A stretch of DNA of 64,000 bases from an uncultured Candidatus Saccharibacteria bacterium. GTDB lineage: Bacteria; Patescibacteriota; Saccharimonadia; Saccharimonadales; Saccharimonadaceae. Below, piece after piece: positions 1 to 8,422 of the stretch. The stretch is from NCBI GenBank assembly GCA_963535445.1, contig CAUSWA010000001.1:10896-74895 (forward strand), written 5' to 3'. Below the pieces are notes generated by a model. It was given only the letters and a program-made list of their open reading frames with translations. It did no database searches and was not told the DNA's origin. Numbering within the stretch: the first letter of the stretch is position 1; each line of letters opens with the position of its first letter. Made by a program: the position numbers and the translations under genes.

Positions 1-1260
1 ATTACAAAAGAACGCGTCCCAACATCTTCTCATGAGGCGACTAACAGCCGCAAGCAAGACAAGTTGTTTGACTATAAGAAGTACGGTATTGAGCCGATAG
101 TTAAGTCTAACTCTCTTGATGGTGATAATTTTAGTACGCCGCACGAATGGACGCCAGCTGGCCGGGCCGAGAAAATCAATGATGCTCGCGATGCGGTGGC
201 GATTGCTTTCGGCGATAAGCCACCCGCTATGGCGCGCCAAGAGTCGAATACTGGCAGGCAGCTGCTGGTCGGCGAGGCTTATAAAGCCGCTACTGACGGC
301 GGCGCGGCACCGACGAACGAGCGTGCATCTATACGGCGAGTTTTTATGACTGGCGAGAAAATAACCGGTAAGTTACCGTCGCATGCTGACGCCGAGAGAG
401 GGCCGCAAAGTGTTGATGAAATGCTTAATCGGCGCGCTGATTTGTTAGCAAAAGGCGTTCCAGAGGATTTGGTTGATGGTATTGTCAGGGGTGAGCATAA
501 CAAGGACAGAGGCGATAATCTAGTTCAATACGCTTCGCGGCCGCCAGTTGAGCAAGCAGCATATGAGCAGCCAGCGATACGCGAGGAGTCAAATGAGCTG
601 GTATCGCATGAGACCAGTGCTAGTGCTGTTATGTCTGAGGCAGAAGAGACACCGTTGCCGCCGCGTGTCGAGATTCCGAAAACAGAAACTGATGCCGCCA
701 AGCCGTCTAGCGAACCAGAACCTAAAGCGTCGAAAGAAAATACGCCGCCAAAAACTGTCAGAAACGAAAGTCCAAAGGTAGAGACTACAGAAGCTAAACC
801 TGCCACAAATAATCGTACCGCAGAGAAAAATCTGGCAGAACAGGTTGCACAGCCAGCAGAAGATAAGACATCGCCAGTAGAGCAGCCAGATGGCAATCAA
901 AAAAATACGGTAAAATCTGAAGCAGACGTATCGAAGTCAGATGGAAAACAGGCCGCTGGAGAGCAAAATACGACAAAACCTGGCGAGCGCCAACAAAGAG
1001 CCAACAAATGGGCGGGAGACTTCTTGAGGGCTTATAGCGGATTTCTTGACCAAGATGTTAGGGCAGAGTTAGCCGATAGGTTAAAAGCTAAAGGCGGACT
1101 AAATGTTGATGCAAAAACTCTTCGAGCAATGTCTGACTTAGTGAGAAAAGCTAACCCGCAGTCGCCAATATGGCAAACCAGACCAGGCAGCGGCTCGGCT
1201 TTGCAGCAATTTGCTGGCAGAGCTCGCAGAGATCTACAGAATATCATTGACAGTTTGTAG
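1..1260 (+). CDS. Hypothetical protein, 5'-truncated by the window edge; long low-complexity E/K/P/T/S-rich central region
   Basis: Frame is open from base 1 (ITKERVPTSSHEATNSRKQDKLFDY...) to TAG at 1258-1260; no recognisable motif. Confidence 0.7.
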   Translation: MTKERVPTSSHEATNSRKQDKLFDYKKYGIEPIVKSNSLDGDNFSTPHEWTPAGRAEKINDARDAVAIAFGDKPPAMARQESNTGRQLLVGEAYKAATDGGAAPTNERASIRRVFMTGEKITGKLPSHADAERGPQSVDEMLNRRADLLAKGVPEDLVDGIVRGEHNKDRGDNLVQYASRPPVEQAAYEQPAIREESNELVSHETSASAVMSEAEETPLPPRVEIPKTETDAAKPSSEPEPKASKENTPPKTVRNESPKVETTEAKPATNNRTAEKNLAEQVAQPAEDKTSPVEQPDGNQKNTVKSEADVSKSDGKQAAGEQNTTKPGERQQRANKWAGDFLRAYSGFLDQDVRAELADRLKAKGGLNVDAKTLRAMSDLVRKANPQSPIWQTRPGSGSALQQFAGRARRDLQNIIDSL

Positions 1261-1333
1261 TTCATCACTATTCGTGTACTAAAACTTCGCAATTGTGTAT
1301 AATATAGACACAAGTAAGCGAAAGGAGTGCGCA

Positions 1334-2002
1334 ATGGCGTTTGGGCCGATGATGAAATTAATAACCGATAGAGGTTTGTCGGTTGAGTTAGCGCCGTTTG
1401 CGCGCGATAATCTAAACGTGTTTGTCGAGGGTTTTGCGCGCGGTACGGTAACGCAATACTTGTCAGCGCACCGAGCACAGACGATTGAGACCGAGCAAGC
1501 CTGGTATGATGAAATGATCAAGAACAAAACCAGCCTGAACTGGGGTATTTGGGTTGTAGACGGCGACAAGCGCCAGCTGATCGGCAACACAGCGCTTACC
1601 GAAATAACCAAAGATCACGTTCATTATGCGACTAGCGGTATAGTTATTGCCGATAAGAAATATTGGGGCCAGGGGATTGCTAGTGCTTGCCATCGGGCGC
1701 GGACGTGGTATACTTTCGAAAATCTAGGCCTGCACCGAATTAAGTCGGCGGTTATTCACGGCAACGCGGCGAGCTGGCGGGCGCTTGAGAAGTGCGGCTA
1801 CGAACTTGTCTATACCGAGCGCAATGAAGAGTTCGTGAACGGTAAATTACGCCACATGGATTGCCTGGAATGCCTCAACCCGGCAGATTGGGCCTGGCGG
1901 CAGTGGTGGGGCGACGACCGTCCGCCGCGAAAGAGCTTGGAGGCGCGCAAACGGGCGCAAGCGGCGGTTGATTGGGCGCGGCAAAACGTGACGCTAGAGT
2001 AG
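1334..2002 (+). CDS. GNAT family N-acetyltransferase (RimJ/RimL-like)
   Basis: AAGGAG SD before ATG 1334; YWGQGIA acetyl-CoA motif; LGLHRI..N.ASWRALEKCG. Confidence 0.85.
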   Translation: MAFGPMMKLITDRGLSVELAPFARDNLNVFVEGFARGTVTQYLSAHRAQTIETEQAWYDEMIKNKTSLNWGIWVVDGDKRQLIGNTALTEITKDHVHYATSGIVIADKKYWGQGIASACHRARTWYTFENLGLHRIKSAVIHGNAASWRALEKCGYELVYTERNEEFVNGKLRHMDCLECLNPADWAWRQWWGDDRPPRKSLEARKRAQAAVDWARQNVTLE

Positions 2003-2491
2003 TTGTTGGTGCTGCTCGTTGAAATTATCGACGACGAGAACTGGCTGGTTGCTATTGATGTACTGTGCGATATCGGTGTGCTGTAGAAATTCGGGGTAGA
2101 GAACGCATTGCGACGGGTCGATATACTCGCAAAGCGCTAATTCTTGAGCGCCATGCGTTGTTTGGCTAATGTCAATATCGGTAAAGTCATCAGGATTATC
2201 GACCGCGAAAAAGAACTCTAGTTCCTCTTCGTAGCCAGCCCGCGATGATGGGAATTGCTGGATGAATAGCAATTTGCCAGGTTTGGCAGTTATGCCAGTT
2301 TCTTCGCGTAACTCACGGATTAGACACTCAGCCAGCGACTCGTGCGGGTCAAGACCGCCGCCTGGCACAGCATAATACGGGGATGTCTGGTCGCCGCGGC
2401 GATGTTTGACGGCGAGTATTTTTCCTTCGCGATAAATAATAGCGCGCACATTAATACGTCGCCCAGTATATAGACTTTCGGTTTGTGGCAT
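1994..2491 (-). CDS. NUDIX hydrolase
   Basis: Nudix box GGGLDPHESLAECLIRELREETGI; AGGAGG SD. Confidence 0.9.
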   Translation of the reverse strand: MPQTESLYTGRRINVRAIIYREGKILAVKHRRGDQTSPYYAVPGGGLDPHESLAECLIRELREETGITAKPGKLLFIQQFPSSRAGYEEELEFFFAVDNPDDFTDIDISQTTHGAQELALCEYIDPSQCVLYPEFLQHTDIAQYINSNQPVLVVDNFNEQHQQLL

Positions 2492-2577
2492 TAGGCCTCC
2501 TTGTTGATTAAGTTTGAATAGCTTGCGATTAGCTTAATTTAGCAGGGGCTAGCATTAAGATTATAATATCAAGGATA

Positions 2578-2988
2578 TTATTCGGTTTCCAGGAAAAAGT
2601 GTCCGGAACTAACCCTATTATCATCGCTTTGCTGAAAAACAACGGTTAGGGGCCTTTGACCGCTATCTCTCAAACTAGGGTAATTGGTCGTACCTCTGGC
2701 TTCGAGTCGAGACGAGCTATTAGGCTCAAATAATCCATCTGCTTCGGCCACTCGAGTTAGCTCAGTAAATGAAGCTTCAACTTGATCAATAGTGTCTTCA
2801 ACGTCTTCAACTGAGATTCTTCCTATACCAGCAGATACTTTTGCTGCTAGTATAATTCCTTCTCCGCGCCTAATTGAGTCGACGATATTGCTGTATGCTT
2901 CCTCTGGATTGACTAGGTGATACTCAGTAAGCCGCCATGGGCTTTCTGAACCGGTCTCCTCCCCAAAGAAGCTAGTCTCGCTAGACAT
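2578..2988 (-). CDS. Hypothetical acidic protein, coupled to the upstream ORF
   Basis: 136-aa ORF whose start overlaps the upstream stop (ATGTCTAG). Confidence 0.65.
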   Translation of the reverse strand: MSSETSFFGEETGSESPWRLTEYHLVNPEEAYSNIVDSIRRGEGIILAAKVSAGIGRISVEDVEDTIDQVEASFTELTRVAEADGLFEPNSSSRLEARGTTNYPSLRDSGQRPLTVVFQQSDDNRVSSGHFFLETE

Positions 2989-3736
2989 GAGTTAATTTCT
3001 TCCCTGTGCGCGTTGGATTGCTATTTCGTTCATGCATATCTGCTATCTGCTCGTTTAATTTATACTTAATTCTAGCATATTCATCGTTATCTACAACACC
3101 AGAATCGTATAGGTTTTCAAGCATTTCCTTTGAAGGTCCCAGCATTTGCTCGTATGGATCGGCAGGCAGAATTGTGTGAATACGTTTGAGGGTCCTAGGC
3201 GAAAATGGGCAGACAGCTATCGTACTATCACCATACAGGTTGTTTTGCGCATTAGCCTCATCAGCTCCTGTTTTTGAAGATTTAATATCTATCGCTGTTT
3301 GCTTTCCCCGGCTGTCAGTTATAAGATAATCAATACCTTTCTTGTCTTGTTCGGTAGTCGCACGGACCACTTCAAAGCCCATATTTTCGAGAGCGAGCTC
3401 GGCTAGTAATTCTGTACGTACGCCCTTTATGTGATTCTCCATCAATTCACGGTAATAAGGTTTATCGGCTATAGGGATAAAATTATTTAGAAGCTGCATT
3501 GTGTCAGCTGGCGTGATAGCAGTGCCCCAGCGGTTAAAAATTTCGCGCAGCGAGTCGTTGAAAGAAGAATACAAACCAACAACTTTTTCGCGATTTTTAG
3601 GAGAAAGCCTCCTATTTGAGTCTCTAGCTGCTTTTTCGGTAGTTGCAGCGGCAATCCAGTCGCGATAGGTGCCGTAGAGCTTGTAAAACTCTTGTTGCTG
3701 GTTAGTTTCAGCAGTTGGATGTTCAACTTGTTGCAT
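2981..3736 (-). CDS. Putative PD-(D/E)XK nuclease-fold protein; may really start at 3892 with a premature TAG
   Basis: GVRTELLAELALENMGFEV...EQDKKGIDY...TAIDIKSS fits the E..D..(D/E)xK pattern. Confidence 0.55.
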   Translation of the reverse strand: MQQVEHPTAETNQQQEFYKLYGTYRDWIAAATTEKAARDSNRRLSPKNREKVVGLYSSFNDSLREIFNRWGTAITPADTMQLLNNFIPIADKPYYRELMENHIKGVRTELLAELALENMGFEVVRATTEQDKKGIDYLITDSRGKQTAIDIKSSKTGADEANAQNNLYGDSTIAVCPFSPRTLKRIHTILPADPYEQMLGPSKEMLENLYDSGVVDNDEYARIKYKLNEQIADMHERNSNPTRTGKKLTHV

Positions 3737-3898
3737 TAATTGTAATAGATTGTGCGCAGCTCGCCCGATACCGCGCTGCGGACGTTCTGGATCGATCGTA
3801 TGCGCTTCTTTTCGTAATTCTCTCGCAGTCTATTGGCTTTTTAGCCAGAAGTCTTGGCGGCGCCTTAGCTGAACTATAGGAAGCGTACTCATACCCTT

Positions 3899-3927
3899 AT
3901 TGTAGCATAAACATGATAAAAAAGCAA
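3899..3927 (-). promoter_or_regulatory. Sigma70-type promoter with extended -10, leaderless geometry
   Basis: Minus strand TTGCTT-17-TACAAT (TG upstream), ATG 3892 six nt downstream. Confidence 0.7.
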
Positions 3928-3991
3928 TAGCATGACGTGATATAGATGAAATAACCTTTGTTGTCTGCTATAATAAAGTAGTTATTGTTAA

Positions 3992-4082
3992 CGCGGAAGT
4001 GATAGAGACGAGAATTTGCGGCGCGCGGCTTTGAATCGCCAAGCCTAGCCAAGACGATTTTTCATCCCTGTTACTTGCCGCG
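3992..4082 (+). promoter_or_regulatory. pnp 5' leader with long imperfect stem (candidate RNase III site)
   Basis: cgcggaagtgatagagacgagaatt (3992-4016) pairs with gatttttcatccctgttacttgccgcg (4056-4082); TGCTATAAT at 3966-3974. Confidence 0.6.
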
Positions 4083-4099
4083 AAGAAAGGAGCTCTTTT

Positions 4100-6226
4100 A
4101 TGAGTATTATTAACCCGAGCGGCAAGGAGATTTTTAGTGTTACCACCGAGCTGTGCGGCCGGTCGCTGACGTTGGAGGTCAACCGGGTTGGCTTCCGGAC
4201 GACGGGTAGCGTGCTGGTGCGCTACGGCGATACGGTGGTCTTGGGCAGTGCCCAGGTAGGCAGTCGGCCGGTGCAGCTGGATTATTTCCCGCTGTCGATT
4301 GATTATGAAGAACGATTTTATGCGGCGGGCAAAATTTCTGGCTCGCGGTTTATCAAGCGCGAAGGCCGGCCGAGCGACGAAGCAGTGCTGATCGGCCGGT
4401 TGATTGACCGTCCGATTCGGCCGCTGTTTCCAAAGGGCTACCGCCAAGAAGTGCAAGTGGTGGCGACGGTGCTGAGCATGGATCCGGATTTCCGTCCGGA
4501 CGTGGTGGCGATGATTGCGGCGTCGAGCGCCTTGATGCTGACCGGGACGCCGTTTGACGGTCCGGTGGCGGGCTTGCGGGTGGGCCGCGTGAATGGCGAG
4601 TTTAAGGCCTTTTTGACGCCCGAGGAGCGTGAGCAATCTGATTTGGATCTGGTGGTGGCTGGTATCGAGAGCGGCATCACTATGGTAGAGGCCGGCGCTA
4701 AGGAAGTATCAGAAGAGGTAATTGTCGATGCCATGGCCTGGGCGCACCAGATGATGCAGCCAGCGATTGACTTGCAGCGAGAGTTGGCAGCTAAAGTGGC
4801 GCCAGCTGCGCAGGAATATGAATTAGTTTTACCTGATGAAGCAATTCAGCAGACGGCTGATGAGTGGGTTGACGGTAAATTAGGCGAGAAAATCCGCCGG
4901 CCGTACCCGGAGCGCAACGAAGTGGTTAATGAGATTCGCTGGGCATTCCATGAGGCAATGGCCGAAAAGCTGGGTTTGAATGCTGAGGAATACGACGAAG
5001 TACGCGACGAATACGATGAAGCATTTACCTTAGCGCTGCATAAAGATGTTCGCCGCGGTATCGTTGAGGACGGCAAGCGCCCGGATGGCCGCGCTTTGAC
5101 GGAAATTCGCCCGTTAAGCTCAGAGGTTGGTTTGCTGCCGCGAGCGCACGGCTCAAGCCTGTTTACCCGCGGCGTGACGCAGGGTATGAATATTGTCACT
5201 TTGGCGCCGCTGAGTTACGCGCAGCTGGTTGATACCATGGAGGTTAACGACGGCGAACGGCGCTACATGCATCATTACAATGCGCCTGGCTATACGGTTG
5301 GCGAGGTCAAGCGGATGGGCAGCCCGGGCCGGCGCGAAATTGGCCACGGGTACTTGGCGGAACGGGCCTTGACGCCAGTGTTGCCGAGCGAAGAAGACTT
5401 CCCATACGCCATTCGCAGCGTCACCGAAATCATGAGCCAGAATGGTTCAACATCGATGGCAGCGACCTGTTCGAGCTGTCTGGCGTTGATGGATGCTGGT
5501 GTGCCTCTCTCGGCGCCGGTTTCTGGTATTGCTATGGGCTTGATGATGGATGGTGATACACCGTATGTATTGAGCGACATTGCCGATGCTGAGGATTTTG
5601 CCGGTGATATGGATTTCAAGGTGACTGGTACAGCCAAGGGTATCACGGCGCTGCAGATGGACATGAAAGTGCATGGTTTGCCAGTGGCGGTGCTGCGCCA
5701 GGCGATCGAGCAGAGTAAGGCGGGCCGGGCGCATATTTTGCAGCATATGTTGAGTGTGCTGCCAGCGCCGCGGGAAGCACTCAGCCCGTACGCGCCGCGG
5801 ATTGAAAAGCTAAAAATTGATCCAGATAAAATCGGCGCGGTCATCGGCAAGGGCGGCGAGGTGATTAACAAGATTACCAGTGAGACTGGCGCTGAAGTTG
5901 ATATCAAGGAAGACGGTCTGATTACCATCGCTAGCCCAGACGGCGCATCGATCGAAAAAGCCCTCAATTGGATCAAGAGCCTGGTCGAAGAGCCGGAGGT
6001 CGGCAAGATTTACGAAGGCAAAGTCGTCAGTATCAAAGATTTCGGGGCGTTCGTGAATATTTTGCCGGGGGTTGACGGGATGTTGCATATTTCACAACTA
6101 TCGGATAAACGAGTCGGCAAAGTAACTGATGTCTTGAAAGAGGGCCAAACGGTACGTGTTAAGTTAACAGAAATTGATAACCGCGGGCGCCTAAGCTTGA
6201 CAATGAAGGGAATTGAACAGCGATAA
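4100..6226 (+). CDS. pnp: Polyribonucleotide nucleotidyltransferase (PNPase)
   Basis: Two RNase PH domains (FPLSIDYEERFYAAGKI, RREIGHG, GDMDFKVTGT), KH (IGKGG) and S1 domains. Confidence 0.98.
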   Translation: MSIINPSGKEIFSVTTELCGRSLTLEVNRVGFRTTGSVLVRYGDTVVLGSAQVGSRPVQLDYFPLSIDYEERFYAAGKISGSRFIKREGRPSDEAVLIGRLIDRPIRPLFPKGYRQEVQVVATVLSMDPDFRPDVVAMIAASSALMLTGTPFDGPVAGLRVGRVNGEFKAFLTPEEREQSDLDLVVAGIESGITMVEAGAKEVSEEVIVDAMAWAHQMMQPAIDLQRELAAKVAPAAQEYELVLPDEAIQQTADEWVDGKLGEKIRRPYPERNEVVNEIRWAFHEAMAEKLGLNAEEYDEVRDEYDEAFTLALHKDVRRGIVEDGKRPDGRALTEIRPLSSEVGLLPRAHGSSLFTRGVTQGMNIVTLAPLSYAQLVDTMEVNDGERRYMHHYNAPGYTVGEVKRMGSPGRREIGHGYLAERALTPVLPSEEDFPYAIRSVTEIMSQNGSTSMAATCSSCLALMDAGVPLSAPVSGIAMGLMMDGDTPYVLSDIADAEDFAGDMDFKVTGTAKGITALQMDMKVHGLPVAVLRQAIEQSKAGRAHILQHMLSVLPAPREALSPYAPRIEKLKIDPDKIGAVIGKGGEVINKITSETGAEVDIKEDGLITIASPDGASIEKALNWIKSLVEEPEVGKIYEGKVVSIKDFGAFVNILPGVDGMLHISQLSDKRVGKVTDVLKEGQTVRVKLTEIDNRGRLSLTMKGIEQR

Positions 6227-6311
6227 TATCTCTACGTAAACGAATACTATACGGAACAGCTTAAATTTTGCTATACTTAGTAGAGATACACTTATAAAAG
6301 AGGGGAAGTCT

Positions 6312-7196
6312 ATGAACAATCAACCGCAACCACCTGAATCGCCGCAGCCAGTGCCGCCTGCGCCGCAGCCAGCTCCAATGTCTGCGCCGCCTATGCAACA
6401 GCAGCCAGTGATGCCGCCGCAAATGCCAGTTAACAAAGGTCTCAGCAAAGGGGCTTTGTGGGGAATAATTGGCGGTTCCGTTGGCTTTTTGCTGCTAATT
6501 ATCGTAATAGTGGTTGTCTTGCTGCTTAATATGGGGCCGAGCAAAGAGGATTATCGCCAAGCTATTTCGTGGATGAACGATGAAAGCTCGAAATTGAACA
6601 GTTTGCAGTATTCGTCTGTGCGCAATCCAGAAGCCTACAAAGAAACAGTTAATAGCGCTATCAAGAGCCGCGACGAGTTAAACGACAAATTGTCGAAATC
6701 TAAGATTATGCACGATAAAGATGTCAAAGAAGCTTACGACAAATACAAGAAAGCTTACGACGTCGCTAAACCCGAAATGGAAGGCTTGTCGCAGTACGTG
6801 GAGGTTTATAGCGAAGTCAGAAAAAAATGCGATAACGTATTTTATCTTGGCCATATAAGCAAGAAACCAGATGAAGTCGACAAAGAAGTTGACCAAAAAT
6901 ACGGCGATTGCACATCTCTGATGCAGAAACTGAGCAAATCGGACAATAGCAACGTGGCTAGCTTTGGCAAGGAGTGGAGCGATTACTACACTTCGCTGAA
7001 GAAATACTATGTCGAATACGCTAGAGCCTATACCAGCGGTAATTTCAGCGCTCGACCGCGCCGTCCAACCGAACCGTCAACTACCGGCTATACGTTAATT
7101 ACTAACGCCAGCCGCAAAGTTACTGATAGCGGTATGGATCGGTACTACAACGACTTTTCAAGCGTTGTCAATCAAAAATTAACTGCGCTGCGTTAA
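6312..7196 (+). CDS. Hypothetical single-pass membrane protein: Pro/Gln-rich N-terminus, helical outer domain
   Basis: PQPPESPQPVPPAPQP.., TM GALWGIIGGSVGFLLLIIVIVVVLLL, Cys pair; GAGGGG SD. Confidence 0.75.
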   Translation: MNNQPQPPESPQPVPPAPQPAPMSAPPMQQQPVMPPQMPVNKGLSKGALWGIIGGSVGFLLLIIVIVVVLLLNMGPSKEDYRQAISWMNDESSKLNSLQYSSVRNPEAYKETVNSAIKSRDELNDKLSKSKIMHDKDVKEAYDKYKKAYDVAKPEMEGLSQYVEVYSEVRKKCDNVFYLGHISKKPDEVDKEVDQKYGDCTSLMQKLSKSDNSNVASFGKEWSDYYTSLKKYYVEYARAYTSGNFSARPRRPTEPSTTGYTLITNASRKVTDSGMDRYYNDFSSVVNQKLTALR

Positions 7197-7211
7197 TATT
7201 CGCCGCGCCGG

Positions 7212-7245
7212 TAGTACCCTCTGTATCAGCAGAGGGTACTGTTTT
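7212..7245 (+). terminator. Intrinsic terminator
   Basis: tagtaccctctg / cagagggtactg hairpin followed by TTTT. Confidence 0.75.
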
Positions 7246-7259
7246 GGTAAAATGTAATT

Positions 7260-7844
7260 ATGAATAAGCAAGCTGAATTAGACGCCTTGGCGGCGGAAAT
7301 TATCGAAGCTGGGATTTGTTTGGAATTGGCGGCTCAAGCAACGCAGCTGGTGATGGGCGATGGCAATGCTGATGCTGATATCGTATTTATTGGCGAAGCA
7401 CCAGGCAAGAATGAAGATTTACAAGGTAAACCGTTTGTCGGTGCAGCGGGGAAATTTCTCGACGAGATGCTGGCGGCAGCTGGTTTGCAGCGCCCGGACG
7501 TTTATATTACCAACATTGTGAAGTATCGGCCGCCAAATAACCGCGATCCGATGCCAGAGGAGAAGCGTCAGTTTTGGCCGTATTTGATGCGGCAATTAGA
7601 AATTATTCAGCCAAAAGCGGTGCTGACATTGGGGCGGCACAGCGGCGGTGGTTTTATCCCTGGCCTGCGGATCAGCCAGGACCACGGACGGCCGCGGCGG
7701 GTGCGCTTGCATGAATTGGAATTTGTAGTGATTCCGCTATATCATCCAGCAGCAGCGCTATATAATGGCGGTATGCGCCAGACGCTAATTGACGATTTTA
7801 TGCGGGCGGCGGCGTTTGTGCAGCAGAATAATCCTGAATCGTAA
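7260..7844 (+). CDS. udg: Uracil-DNA glycosylase family 4
   Basis: FIGEAPG..ED..G.PFVG, YITNIVKYRPPNNR, YHPAA. Confidence 0.92.
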   Translation: MNKQAELDALAAEIIEAGICLELAAQATQLVMGDGNADADIVFIGEAPGKNEDLQGKPFVGAAGKFLDEMLAAAGLQRPDVYITNIVKYRPPNNRDPMPEEKRQFWPYLMRQLEIIQPKAVLTLGRHSGGGFIPGLRISQDHGRPRRVRLHELEFVVIPLYHPAAALYNGGMRQTLIDDFMRAAAFVQQNNPES

Positions 7845-7916
7845 GATTGACACGCTGGTAACCTATAGATATTTGCTCAAAAGCCGGGGCTTATTCCCAA
7901 TTCGTTTATTAAACTC

Positions 7917-7966
7917 TTGCAAAAGCTAGCCTAGTGTAGTATAGTGGATAATCGATATCCACTATA
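7917..7966 (+). promoter_or_regulatory. Promoter with overlapping palindromic operator
   Basis: TTGCAA(7917)-17-TATAGT(7940); inverted repeat tatagtggata-N5-tatccactata 7940-7966. Confidence 0.7.
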
Positions 7967-7987
7967 TCTAATTCATGAAAGGACTTT

Positions 7988-8422
7988 ATGAAACTATCGG
8001 GAGCTGTTGAACAAGCTTGCTGTATTATGGCAATTTTAGCTGATCCGCAGAGAAAAGCGCCGATGACCAATGATGCTTTGGCGGAAAAGATGGTAGTATC
8101 GCCGACGTATCTGAAGAAAATTAGCCGCAAGCTGGTGGTAGCACGGTTGATTACCTCGACGCAGGGTGCTGGCGGTGGTTTCATTTTAGCGAGGGAAATG
8201 AGCCAAGTAACGCTGCATGATGTGGTGTTGGCGATTGAAGGCGAAGCGCCGTTTTTTCAGCCTCAAGGAATTGTCGAAAGAGTGTTTGCGTCGCGGCCTC
8301 GCCAGGTGGAAATTGGCATGAATATGATTGAAAAAGTCTTTTCCGAGGCGCAAGAGAAGTGGAGCGAGTATCTAAAAACGGTAACGTTAGCAGACGTTGT
8401 CAAGGAGGTAATGCATGGTTGA
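7988..8422 (+). CDS. Rrf2 family transcriptional regulator
   Basis: VSPTYLKKISRKLVVARLITSTQGAGGGFILAR..VTLHDVVLAIEG; lacks the C-terminal three-Cys Fe-S motif. Confidence 0.9.
   Translation: MKLSGAVEQACCIMAILADPQRKAPMTNDALAEKMVVSPTYLKKISRKLVVARLITSTQGAGGGFILAREMSQVTLHDVVLAIEGEAPFFQPQGIVERVFASRPRQVEIGMNMIEKVFSEAQEKWSEYLKTVTLADVVKEVMHG

Noticed and set aside
3830..3832. Genome-wide stop-codon reassignment
   Set aside because: TAG, TGA and TAA all end intact genes here, and core genes have no internal stops.
3968..6088. Long antisense ORFs over pnp (and similar ones over ftsK, pilC and gyrA)
   Set aside because: Shadow frames of well-supported genes, with no motifs of their own.
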